From contig CAUYUJ010000259.1 of the NCBI GenBank assembly GCA_963575745.1, positions 496,001 through 560,000 on the forward strand: a stretch of 64,000 nt of DNA. The letters are read 5' to 3'. Position 1 is the stretch's first letter. The number at the start of each line of letters is the position of its first letter. A program made the position numbers and the translations under genes. Below are positions 11,766 to 23,700 of the stretch, piece by piece. Under the pieces are notes generated by a model. It was not told where the DNA came from. It made no database searches and was given only the letters and a program-made list of their open reading frames with translations. Source of the DNA: Prorocentrum cordatum (taxonomy: Eukaryota).

Positions 11766-14700
11766 TGCCGCTCTTCGTTGTCGGTCGTTGTCGTCGTCGG
11801 CGTCGGCATCGTCGTTTCTCGTCGTCGTCAATATCTTCGTCGTCGTTGTCGTCGGTCGTCGTCGCTCGTGGTCGCCCGTCGTTGTTCAGCACCTTCGAAT
11901 GCTTTCGAGAGCCCCTGGAGGCCTTCGGATGACCTCCGCAAGGGCTCTGGAGGCTTCCAGAGGCCTCAGGAGGCCCCCAGAGGCCTCGGGAAACCTCCAG
12001 AGACCTCAGGACGCGTCGCTCGTCGTCGTCGCAGTCGTCGTCCTCGTCCTCGTTGCTCGTCGTCGTCGTCGTCGTCTTCATGGGCGCTCGTCGTCGTCGC
12101 GGCCGTCGTCGTTGTCGTCGTCACTTGTCGTTGTCGTCGCAGTCGTCGTCGCAGTCGTCGTCCTCGTCCTCGTCGCTCGTCATCGTCGTCGTCGCCGTTG
12201 TCGTCGTCTTCGTGGTCGCTCGTCGTCGTCGCGGCCGTCGTCGTTGTCGTCGTCACTTGTCGTTGTCGTCGTTGTCGTCGCAGTCGCTCGTCGTCGTCTT
12301 CGTCGTCATCGTCGTCGTCGTGGTCGCTCGTCGTCGTCATCGTCGTCATCGTCGTCGTCGTTGTCGTCGTCGTCGTCGCTTGTTGTCGTCGCCGTGCCCC
12401 CGGACGCTGTGGTGGCGCCGGAATCGCACGGCGGGGGGGGGGGGCGTTACGTTATGCCGCAATGCCCCCCCCCCCCCCCTGGCCCGCCCCCATAAGGCCA
12501 GTTCTCGCCGCGAATAAAGAAACGCTCTCCAGGCGTTGCCCTCAGGACCCGTGTCCGCCATGCTGAGACCTTGCGGATTCGCTATGGGGTCTTGTTGTCG
12601 ATTTCTCGGCGACGCATGGCTCATTCGCAGGGGAGGATCAGGAGCCCATCCCGCTACCGCTCCCTCGCTCCCCCTTTGGGAGCCTTCTGGGCGACCCTCG
12701 TCGCGATGGCTGGATTCGCCTCGGAATTATGGTCTGAACGTCTTCCTCCTTCTCCTGGCCTCGGCTGCCTCGTCAACGCGCTCCTGCACCTGCTCTGCTC
12801 CGCCTCCTCCTCCCCTGCTCCGCTCCGACCATCCGATTCCTCGAAACCACCCCTCGGTAACACCCCATCGATCCCTCGACTCCTCAGGAACACCTCCCGA
12901 TTCTCGGCCATCCGATTTCTCGACTATCCCATTTGATCCTCGACCATTTCATTCCCTCCTTGAGGTCGACGGCACCCCGCAGCCTCGGTCCGTCGCCCAG
13001 GAGGGACCGGAAGCACCCTGCCGCACGGACTCGGCACGACCGGAGTGGGTGCGGAGAGAGAGGAGGGCGAGTTGAGACAAGCTGGCCCTCGTCGCCACGG
13101 CCGGACGCAGCTCGGGAAATTGGTGCGCTGGGGCCCTGGGAAGGGGTCCAGGCGCCGATGTGAGCTGCCGTGGTCTCGACTCGCCTTCCTCCGACAGCAG
13201 CAGCTTCTGACCGTTTTGATCGGGCCTGATGCCATGCCTCGCCTGCCCAAGCAGCGGTTGCTTCCGATTGCGAGCAGCATTTGCCGACGGGCCTCGTACC
13301 CACACACAGCCAACCTTGATAGTAAGGAGGGGCAACTTACCAAGCTGAAGCCTGCGTCCTTCCCTTTCGGTCCATCATTTGGCCCGCGTTCGCTGGCCGC
13401 GCCCCGCCCCAAAAAGGGTCGACACGGCCCCCCCAAGGCCTTGGCATCCTGACCGCGCATCCGTACCATGCGGTTTGCCTGTGCCAGCTGCGGGGGTGCC
13501 CGTCGGTCCTCGACCCCTGATCTGGGCCCCACGAGTGCGTGCCCTGCAGATCGGGTGTTGCTGGAAGTACCCCCTGGCCCAGGGGTATCCCAGGATTCCC
13601 TGGGTGGCTCAGACGGCCTCCAGGGCACCAATCACGAGGCCCAGAGGGCCTCAGGGTCTCAAAAATGGAGCGAAAAGCTGGGGGCTCCTTGGGCCAGGGG
13701 CACTTCTAGCAACACCCTAGCAGAGTGCGCTGTCTGGAGGAGACGCCTCCCCTCCCGAACACACGGGCAGCTCATGTGGAAGGTATCTCCCGCTGGGTGC
13801 CCCTGGGGCCGCCCGTGGTCTCTTGTTCGCCAGGGGGGAAGCTCGGAATGGGAGGATCAATCCGTTAAAGAGCTCGGAGGAGGAACGTGTACCCACACCC
13901 CTACCCTTCGTTTGTTTTCCCCTTTTCGGGTTTCCTGGACGGCCCTCGTCGCCACCGTTGGATTCGCTTCGAAATCCTGGTTAGAACGCACCACGGGAGA
14001 GGTGCGAGCAGTAGCGGTATCGGTACCTTTGATTTCCCTAAGAGCGTTTTGAGCGCTCTCAGAGCGCTCCAGAAAGCTCTAAGAAGGCCGGGGGCGCCCG
14101 AGACGTCCTCCAGAGCCGCGCGGGACCTTAGAGCTTCCCGAGGTATCCTCACCCGATGCTATCCTCGTCCTGGCTTCGTCTGAGAGAAGTGGGGTCCCCC
14201 AGGGCAGCGGGCCCAGAGGTTTTTGTTTCTCCTTGCCCTCGGGCTCTCGCGTGGCCCTCCACAGAGTCCCTGGGCCGGTCCGAGGACGGCGCGCGAGCAG
14301 GATCACGAGTGGTCCCGGGGGACGGCGTGGGGCCGAAGACCCGCTTCCCTCAGGTTGGCAGTCCCCAAACGTGGTGGTGACAGCACCCGGCGGTGAGTCT
14401 CGGGCGATTTGGTGTCACCACTCGGCTTGGGGTTTCGTGTGCGCTTGTTTCGAGGACGTCCCAAACGCTGGTGGGTCCAGGAGCCACAAAAAACTTGGCG
14501 GTGTCCCGTGTTCCAAAACACCCGGCGGTTACTTTGGGGGGATTCCAGGGCACCACCTGGTATCTCACCACCTGGTTTAGGGTCTCCCAGTCAGCGCCCG
14601 TTCCCCCTCAGTGCAGAGTGGCCCCTCCGGCAGGAGTTCGTGGACAGCCAGAAGAAGGAGGAGGACGGGCCGCGTCTTGCCCTGGGCCCTGCCCTGCTCT

Positions 14701-17700
14701 CTCTCTCGCGGGTGCGAGGGCGCGAGGGCTCCCGCGCGTGGCGCGTCTCGCCGGGCGAGGCGCGCCACGTGGGGCGACCAGGGCATCAGCTGAAGGTCTT
14801 TGGTTTTGGTCTCCCCCCCGTGTCTCTCGGTGGTGGATCGGACTGGTCCTGGAAACTCCTCCTCCTTTTTCTCCTCCTCCTCCTCCTAGGACTTGTCGTC
14901 CTTGTTGCGCGGCGGGTGCCGCGGAAAAAAGCAACGAATCAGTTCCCCCCAGTCCTTCAATAAGGCCGCTGACAGAATATGATTCCTTTCCCCCTACTGG
15001 GTGGGGGGTTCCAAAGCCCTTCAGGGTTCATCGCCGAGCGCGTTCCACTGCTCGCAAAGTGCCTACTCGCAAACGTCCACCATACACAGGTCTTCCTCCA
15101 TAGGATACCTATATATATATATGTGTGTCGTAGATCCCCCGTGGAGGATCCGGGCAATTTGCGAGTATAGTTGGTGAGCGAGTAGTAGAATGCGCCTGTC
15201 CAGCTGAGGTGAGTGTGCGTGTGTGTGTTGTTTGTCCACGTTCGGTTCTCTCGCCACGCTCTGGAGAGGCATCGGGCCTCCGTGTCCCCGGCGCTCCGCG
15301 CCTTCTCGGGCGCGCGGCTCCGGACCCGTGAAGTTCTGGCGTGGATGTTCCCCCCTCCCCCCCCTTGCTCTTGCGGCTGCTCCCTGACTTCCTTCGGGGA
15401 TGGACAGGCCCCCCTTTGGTACAACGTGGTGTAGTGAAAACGACCTCCTCCCCCTTCCCCCGACTTCACACGGGGATGGACAGAACCCCCTTGAGAAGAA
15501 CGTGGTTTAGTGAGAACGACCTGGGGCCCAAACCTGGCGGGCGCAAGCCTGGAAAATGACGGCCACGGCGCCCGCTCGAGGACCGAAAACGGACAATTCA
15601 CTAATCGACGTGTCACTGTTGGGGGTTCTGTCCACCCCCGATTCTTCGCAGTCAGGGAGGCTGCGTTGCATCTTCGGGGGGCTTGTCCCATCACGAGAGG
15701 AGTATCCAAAAATTATCCAAAAATAGTCTGGGGATTTGTTGTATACGATTTTGGAGCAATTGGGGGGTATGTTTCGAGTGTTCTTTTAATTTTTTCGCCC
15801 AAAATCCGCCTGTAGGGGGACAGGCCCGACCTAAGGCAGCTCCCTTTGCAATCCGGGAGGTTGCGTTACATCTTCGGGGGGCCTAGACTGTCCCCAAACT
15901 GGTGTTTCTTTTGTTGTGCCGACGCCAGCTCGACGCAGACCCAACGCGGGTCCGGCATTGATTCAGCGCGGATTCGATGTGGAGTTGACGTGGATTCGGC
16001 GAGTCCGACATGGATTCGACACGGATTCGACGCGGATAGGAGCGAGACGGGACAGACAAAGTCCCCCGAACATGCAACACGCAAAATTAAGGTATACGGC
16101 TCGAGTTGGCGGAAATTCGGGTTCCCTGCGTGTTTTTTGACGGTTCCAGCGTGGAAGTTTGAAAGTTCAGCTCTCGTGCGGTGTTTGCGGCGGGAGTTTG
16201 CGGCAAATCCCATGTCAGTTAGATTCCGCAATTCTTCTAATTGCCTCAATGGTAAGGTTCGAGTCCCCCACAGCCGAGTCTTGCGTCTTCCCGATACAAG
16301 CACAAGGGGGTCCCTGTCGGGCTGGGCCAGGACGAGGACAAATCCGTTCCAGAGCGTTTCAGAGCTTTCTCAGGGCGTTCCGGAACGCTCTGACAAGACC
16401 TCGGCCCCCGAATCATCTTGCAAAGCCGCGGCTGATCTCAGAGATTTTCGAGTTATCCTCACCCGACTTCATCCTCGTCCTCGCTTCGACGTGCTCAGTG
16501 GTCGCATGTAGAGATCGGCGGCGAGCGAGGGGGAAGTGAGAATGGGCGGGCCTTCTCAGAAGGCTCGGAAGTCCCCGGGCCTTCTGAGAAGTTATCTGAG
16601 CGGAGGGAGGGAAGGCGCGAGGGCTTCTGAGAAGTCCCGCGGCCTTCTGAGAAGGTTTTCTCTCCGACAAAGGCATCAATAAGTCTATACATCAACACCG
16701 TGCCAGGCCAGGGCCATCCTGGGCCCCAGGATGGTGTACAGACCCTCCTGGCCTCGGCCAGGAGGGCGTATACACCATGCATGCCAGGGCCAGGATGGTT
16801 CAAGCTTGGCACGGTGGTGGTGTATATACGCTTTCTGAGCATTCTCCTTCGCTAGGGGAGCGAAGGATGACATAAACACAGAAACTCGGAGGTCGCGGAT
16901 TTCTCGGATCGGCGCTGGACCCCCCTCCCTGGCGCGCGGAGCACGCCAAGGGCGGCGCCGGAGGCGCCGCCAGGGAGGTCCAGCGTGGAGCCGAGAAATC
17001 CGCGCGGACCCTTGAGTTTTTATGGTTGTGCCATTGTTCGTTCCCCTTCTATAGACGCGAGGGATCCAGCGCAGAGCCGAGAAGTCCGCGCGGACCTCCG
17101 AGATTTTATGTGTATGCCATTGCCCGTTCCCCTTATAGATTCGGGGGTGGACAGATACCCCACCCTGACACGTCGATTCGCGAATTGTCCGTTTTCGGAT
17201 CTCGAGAGGGCGCTACGGCCGTCCTTTTCCAGGCCTGCGCCCGCCAGATCTGGACCCGAGGTTGTTTTCCCTAAACCGCGGCTTGCGAAAGGGGGTTCTG
17301 CCCATCCCCGATTGATGCCTTCTGCGTAAATCCTCCTCCTCCTCCTCCTCGCCTTCCCTGATGGGCCTGTTTTCCACCACCACCACAAGTTGGAGGAGGG
17401 CAGGAGGAGGAGGAGGGGGAGGAGGAAGAGGAGGAGGCGGACTTCCTCCCCCTCCAACTTCTATTTGTGGTGGAAAACAGGCCCATCATTGCCCCCCCCG
17501 CTCGCCGCCGGAGAAAGGGGAGCGGGGCAGCCGCCGCAGAGAGACGCCGCGCGGCAAGGCGGCGCGCACGCGCGGCGCGCGCCAATGGGGGGGGGCCTCG
17601 GGGGGGGGGGGAGGAGGCCCCACTTCGGGTGCCTACTCCAAATCCCTATCAATCGACCCCCCCCTAAAACCAGACCCCCTACGCTCCAGTCCAAAGAAAC

Positions 17701-20700
17701 GTCCTATTAAACCAGACCCCCCCGTTACAAAAAATGAGGGATTTGGAGTAGCCGCCGGCGCAAAAGGTTCCAGTCAAACTTCGCCTGGAGGTCCCCTGTT
17801 TCCCTCTGTGCCGGTGGGCTGGTCGGCGGCCACGGTGCGGCTGAGGCCCGCTTCCCGAGCCCTGCGGAGTGGGCGTTGCGTCGGGGATCTGTCTCCCCTT
17901 TGTCTCTCGGGGAGGCCCCTGGTTCGTCGCCCCTGCTGTTTTGCTTCAGTTTCCGTGCTTTGCCTGCGTTGGCTTTGTTTCGCATGGCGCCGCGTTGGTT
18001 TGAAGAGCTGGCTTGCATCCGTGATACATGTATTGCATTGCTTTGCCATGCATCGCAGTTGCTCTTTTGCGCGTCGCGCTGCACGCCATTCATTCGCGGT
18101 TTCGTTTGGTGGTCCTTGTTTCCGTAAGCCAGATCCCAGACAAGGATTCAGTCGGACTACGTCCGTCGGGATCTTTTCAAGACGTTGAAGGCCTGGGTTA
18201 TCCTTCCCGTCCCCCTCGGCCCTTGCCAACCTACTCTGCGGGCTTCCCCTCAGCCTCCGTAGGGCCCACAATGGCACACGACGTGCAATCACGTTGATGT
18301 GTCTCTACCTCATCCTTCTCCTCCTCTACATCCTGTGCAAGGCGCGCGGTGGCGAGGCGCTATGTGGAGGTCTTTGGATCCTAGGATATGCTGCATGTTT
18401 GTCTTCCCTTCTCGGGAACAGCAGAACAGGTGTACACAAGCATGCGCTGTCGGGGGTCCGCGCGGATTTCGTGGGGCGGTACAAGGCCCCCTCGTCGCGC
18501 AACTGGGAGACGATTCAACTGTCGCCGCCCCCTAGCTCTGCTCCTCGTGCCAGTGAAAGGGTGTATAGGAGGAAGCCCAGCGCCGACACAAGAAATCCGG
18601 TCGGATCCCCGACACTTGATATTTGTGCTTTTGTCTGTGTCCAACCTCCTCCGTCCTCGTGCCCCTCGACCCCTGCCCGGCGCCAATTCCTCGGCGGCTG
18701 CGGAGTGGGGAAATTGGCAGAACGGGAGGGGGACGAGGGGGAGGGAGAGGTGCAGTGGGCAAGGACATCGACGTGGAGGTGGAGGGGGAGGTGGGAGGAG
18801 GGGCATGGAGGCGGAGGTGGAGGATCCCCGTCCATCTCAACTCTTGCCCCTCGTTTTCCTCCCCCCTCCTCGTCCCCCGCGTCGTCATCGTCCTTGTCCT
18901 CCTCCTTGTCCTCGACCAGCTCCCCGTCCTCGTCCTCCTCGCCCCCCTCCTCGTCGTTCTCCTCCTCCAACTCCTCCTCCTCGATCTGCTCCCCGTCGCC
19001 CTCCTTCTCCTCGCCCTCCTCGTCCTTCTCCTCGTCCTCCTCCTCCTCGCTCTCCTCCTCCTCCTCCTCCTCCTCCTACTCCTCCATGCTCCCTGCGTTC
19101 CCGCCTGTCCCCCCCTCCCCGCGGAGAGTTGGCGCCGCGAGACCCTGGCCCCAGGAGGCGCACAAGTCGAGCGCCAGCGGCGGGAGGACGCGCTCGCAGC
19201 GCCTTCTCCTTTTGCTGCTCAGGCGATGCTACGCGCACGGACGTCGAGACTTGCTCTGCCAGCTGCCCAGAGCCCCCCGAGCAATGACAAATCACGACGG
19301 GCGGGGTTTCGCAGTGGTCGGCCTCTGGCGCCAGTCCCGGGCCTCCGGCCTGTCGAAAAACGCGGGATGAAGAGCCGGTCCCGGAATAGGTCGAAACCTT
19401 CGGGGCTCAAGAGACGGGGGTCAATGCAAACGGGGGTCAGCCAGGGCACAGGATCCTGCAGGATCCTGCGAAGACCCCCTCTGGCTGACCCGGGTAAGCC
19501 AGCCGCTCGTGGCCGCGAGGCGGCCGCGCATATTGGCTGACCCGGGTTTGCGAAGACCTGCGTTGCAGTTTTTTCTTCTTGCATTGCAGTTTTTGGTTTC
19601 CTGCTGACCCGGGTCTGGATTGACCCAGGTCAGAAGATCCCCGATGGGGGTCGACGTTACGAAACAAATCATTACGTTGGGGGTTTAGGTCGCCTGCCGG
19701 TGCGCCAGGAGTGCCCTAGCTTCAGTTGCTTCGCGCTCAGGGAGGCACAGCTGCAACGCAGCACGTCTTAGTGCATCCATTCGTTGGCGCAAAACCGCAG
19801 AATGTTCGCCAGCTTGGACCCCGAGCAGTGCATTACTGCGCTCCGGTGGTGCGCACTGTGCGGCGTAGGCTATGTGCCCGTCCAACTTCATGAGAAAGCG
19901 AAGGACGAACCCCCGAGTGCAAGCACTATTGAGGGACTCTGAGACTGATTGGCTCAAATTTCCACGACCAGCCTCCGCGCTCTGAGGCACGAGCTGCAAT
20001 GTCATCAGATGCTTTGAGACCCTCGTCCTGAGCCCTGAAAATTGAGACCTCAATGCCCGGACCCAAATTCTAAAACCTCCTGGAGCTTCCCGCATGTCAG
20101 GCGGCGTGTCCCGTATGCCAGGATGCTGTCCCCGCGTGTCCCCACAGAATTTGTTCGGAGCCAACGGGGCCCCAACACGGGACAAGAGGGCCCCTAGAAG
20201 CGCCCAAGGCGGTCCAAGACGGCCCGGGTCGACCCAGAAGCGATCCAAGATCCCAAGATAGTCATTGGCTCAATCCTGCCCCCAGATTCTTCCGGCTCAG
20301 GCTCCCTCTTTCTGGGCTCTGCGAGATATGTTATCTCCACCATCCGCCAGAGTTCCTCCGGCTCAGGTTCGCATCTGAGGTTCCCGGGGTCTTCCACGGG
20401 CGGAGTGGGACAGCCAGGCTGCAAATGTGGGGTTGGGAATTCTGAATCGGCGCTCGTACATACCTGGTCGAAAACTGCCGTTGACTGAAGTCGGGTCCTG
20501 TCCCTCTACAGGAGGAACTTTCGAAAAAGGTCAATTCTTCACGCTTCGCGTATCCCCACCAGCCCATCTCAAAACAGCAATTCTTGCGAAACATGCCGAC
20601 AGTCGTGTTTTTACCTAACAGCGAAGACTGATAGGTTTCTAGTGGGCTAAAAACAGCTCACAGATCACTCCACAGGGGGGTCCGGGCAGGTGTTGGGAGT

Positions 20701-23700
20701 TGCCGGGCGGGTTGAGTCCACCTCGTTTTTCACCAACAGTCACACACTTCGTGCTCTTCGACTTCCCAGAACTCCATTCCCAGGCTCATTCTGAATAACC
20801 GGATGCAACAGTCACACACTTCGTGCTCTTCGAGATCCCAGAACGCCATTCCCGGGCCACATTTAAAATAACCGGATGCAACAGTCACACACTTCGTGCT
20901 CTTCGAGTTCCCAGAACTCCATTCCCGGGCCACATTCTGGAGGGCCGGATGCAACAGTCACACACTTCGTGCTCTTCGAGTTCCCAGAACTCCATTCCCG
21001 GGCCACATTTTGAATGCCCGGAGCCAACTGTAGGCCACTTCGTGCTCTTCGAGTTCCCAGAACTCCATTCCCGGGCCACATTTTGAATGCCCGGAGCCAA
21101 CTGTAGGCCACTTCGTGCTCTTCGAGTTCCCAGAACTCCATTCCCGGGCCACATTTTGAATGCCCGTAGCCAACTGTAGGCAACTTCGTGCTCTTCGACT
21201 TCCCAGAACTCCCATTCCTGGGCCACATTTTCAGCAGGGGCAAGAGCACGACGAGGAGGAGGACGAGCAAGACCAGGAGGACGAGGACGAGCAGGAGCAG
21301 GACGAGGAGCAGGAGGAGCAGGAGAAGAAGGACGAGCAGGAGGAGGAGGAGGACGAGCAGGAGGAGGAGGACGACCAGGAGGAGGAGGACGACCAGGAAG
21401 AGGAGGAGGAGGAGGAGGAGGAGGGGGAGGAGTACCAGGAGGAGGAGGAGGAGGAGGAGGAGGAGGAGGAAGAGGAGGAGGAGGAGGAGGAGGAGGACGA
21501 GGACGAGGAGGAGGAGGAGGAGGGGGGGGGAGAGTACCAGGAGGAGGAGAACGAGGACCACCAGGAGGAGGAGGAGGAGGAGGAGGAGGAGGAGGAGGAG
21601 GAGAGGAGGACGAGAACGAGACGACGAGGAGGAGAGAGGAGGGGAGGAGGAGGAGGAGGAGAGGAGGAGGGGGGAGGACTACCAGGAGGAGGAGGAGGAG
21701 GAGGAGGAGGAGGAAGAGGAGGAGGAGGACGAGGAGGAGGAGGAGGAGGAGGACGAGGAGGAGGAGGGGGGGGGAGAGCACCAGGAGGAGGAGAACGAGG
21801 ACCACCAGGAGGAGGAGGAGGAGGAGGAGGAGGAGGAGAGAGCACCAGGAGGAGGAGGACGAGCAAGACGAGGAGGACGAGAACGAGGACGAGCAGGAGG
21901 AAGAGGAGGAGGTGAGGCTGAGGCTGTGACTGCGACTGCCGTTGCCGCTGCGACTGTCATCGCGAATGCGACTACGACTGCGAGAACAGCAGAATTCGAC
22001 AACTGGATTTTCATCTGAATCTTAAGGGGGATGCTTTCAGATATGCTTCTACACATCGCTGTTAGGTTGCTTTGCCGGGATAATTAAGGCGTGTTTCCGC
22101 CTGCCCCCGCATATCTCCGGGCCTCTCGTCCTGGTGTGAGTCGTTCGGGCCCTTCTTCCTGGTGTGAGTCGTTCGGGCTCTTCGTCGTGGTTTGAGTCGT
22201 TCGGGCTCTTCGTCCTGGCGTGAGTCGTTCGGGCTTCTCGTGGTGTGAGTTGTTCGGGCCCTTCGTCCTGGTGTGAGTCGTTCGGGCTCCTCCTCCTGGT
22301 GTGAGTCGTTCGGGCTCCTCGTGGTGTGAGTCGTTCGGGGCCCTCGTCCTGGTGTGAGTCGTTCGGGCTCCTCGTGGTGTGAGTCGTTCGGGCGCCTCGT
22401 CCTGGTGTGAGTCGTTCGGGCCCCTCCTTGTGGTGTGAGTCGTTCGGGCTCTTCGTGGTGTGAGTCGTTCGGGCCCCTCGTCCTGGTGTGAGTCGTTCGG
22501 GCTCCTCGTGGGGCCTCTTGGGGGCCTCTTGGAGCCTCTTGGGGCCTCTTGGGGGCCTCTTGGGGGCCTCTTGGGGGCCTCTTGGGGGCCTCTTGGGGCC
22601 TCTTGGGGGGGGGCCTCTTGGGGGCCTCTTGGGGGCCTCTTGGGGCCTCTTGGGGGCCTCTTGGGGGCCTCTTGGAGGCCTCTTGGGAGGCTCCTGGGGG
22701 CCTCTTGGGGCCATCTTGGGGCCTCTTGCGACCTCCTCAGAAGCGCAAATGAGTGCTGCCCCCCAGAAGGACAAAATGAGCCCAAAACCTTAGTAAAATC
22801 AATGATTTTGCTATGAAGGAAGATGAGCGCGGCCCCCTCAGGAGGCCAAAATGGGGCCAAAACCGTAGTAAAATCAATGATTTTGGCTTCAAAGAAAAGC
22901 AGAGGGGCCAAACTCTGTCCCCCCGTCGGGGCCAGAATCCTCGTGAGGGTCGTCGTTTTTTGGCCCTCCCAGGAGTCGAAAAAGACTCCCCTGACGACCC
23001 GCGGCCCGCCCTCTCCAGGCCCAGGGGAGGGGTTGGGGGAGGGGTAAACCCCTCCCCGAAGGGGAAGAAGGGGGGTTGAGGACAGAGAGAGCTCTCTAAA
23101 CCACTCACGTCCAAAGGGCTGGTGGGACTAGTAGTCAGGGGACGATTTCGTTCAGCATTTTGTTGCTATTAGGAGGTTTTTTTGGTGGGGTATGTTTAAT
23201 CTGTCGCCCAAAATCTGCCCGTAGGGGGACATGTCCGACCTAACCCTTGCCGCCCGGCCTAATCCTAATCTGGCTCAGTGGCGCGTGCAACGGGCAAAAA
23301 CTAGTCTTTCTGGCGAAGACCTCCCAGCAGTGCTGCCGCCTGTGGGCAAGAGAGGGCGAATCCCACCAGCCCTTTGGGCGTGAGTGGTTTAGAGAGCCCG
23401 CTCTGTCCTCAACCCCCCTTCTTCCCCTCCGGGGAGGGGTCTACCCCTCCCCCTACCCCCTCCCCCTGGGCCTGGAGAGGGCGGGCCGCGGGTCATCAGG
23501 GGAGTCTTTTTCGACCCCTGGGAGGGCCAAAAAAACGACGACCCTCACAAGGATTCTGGCCCCGACGGGGGGACCGAGTTTGGCCCCTCTGCTCTTCTTT
23601 GAAGCCAAAAACATTGATTTGACGACGGTTGTGGCCCCATTTTGGCCTCCTGAGGGGGCCGCGCTCATCTTCCTTCATAGCAAAATCATTGATTTTACGT

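Larger units (their letters stand above)
20533..23129 (-). mobile_element. Helentron/Helitron2-like non-autonomous element, copy 1, carrying a nested insertion
   Basis: Reverse complement of 23359-24595, interrupted by 20613-22085; same terminal IR, hairpin and AATT end. Confidence 0.75.
20486..23243. mobile_element. Family B MITE split by a 2.6 kb nested insertion
   Basis: Left TIR at 20486, right TIR ending 23243; TSD ccgttgac / cccttgcc (6 of 8 match). Confidence 0.7.

Noticed and set aside
20259..20273. tagtcattggctcaa as a possible SL relic (also a weak reverse match near 2508-2523)
   Set aside because: Single imperfect match with no downstream coding sequence on that strand.
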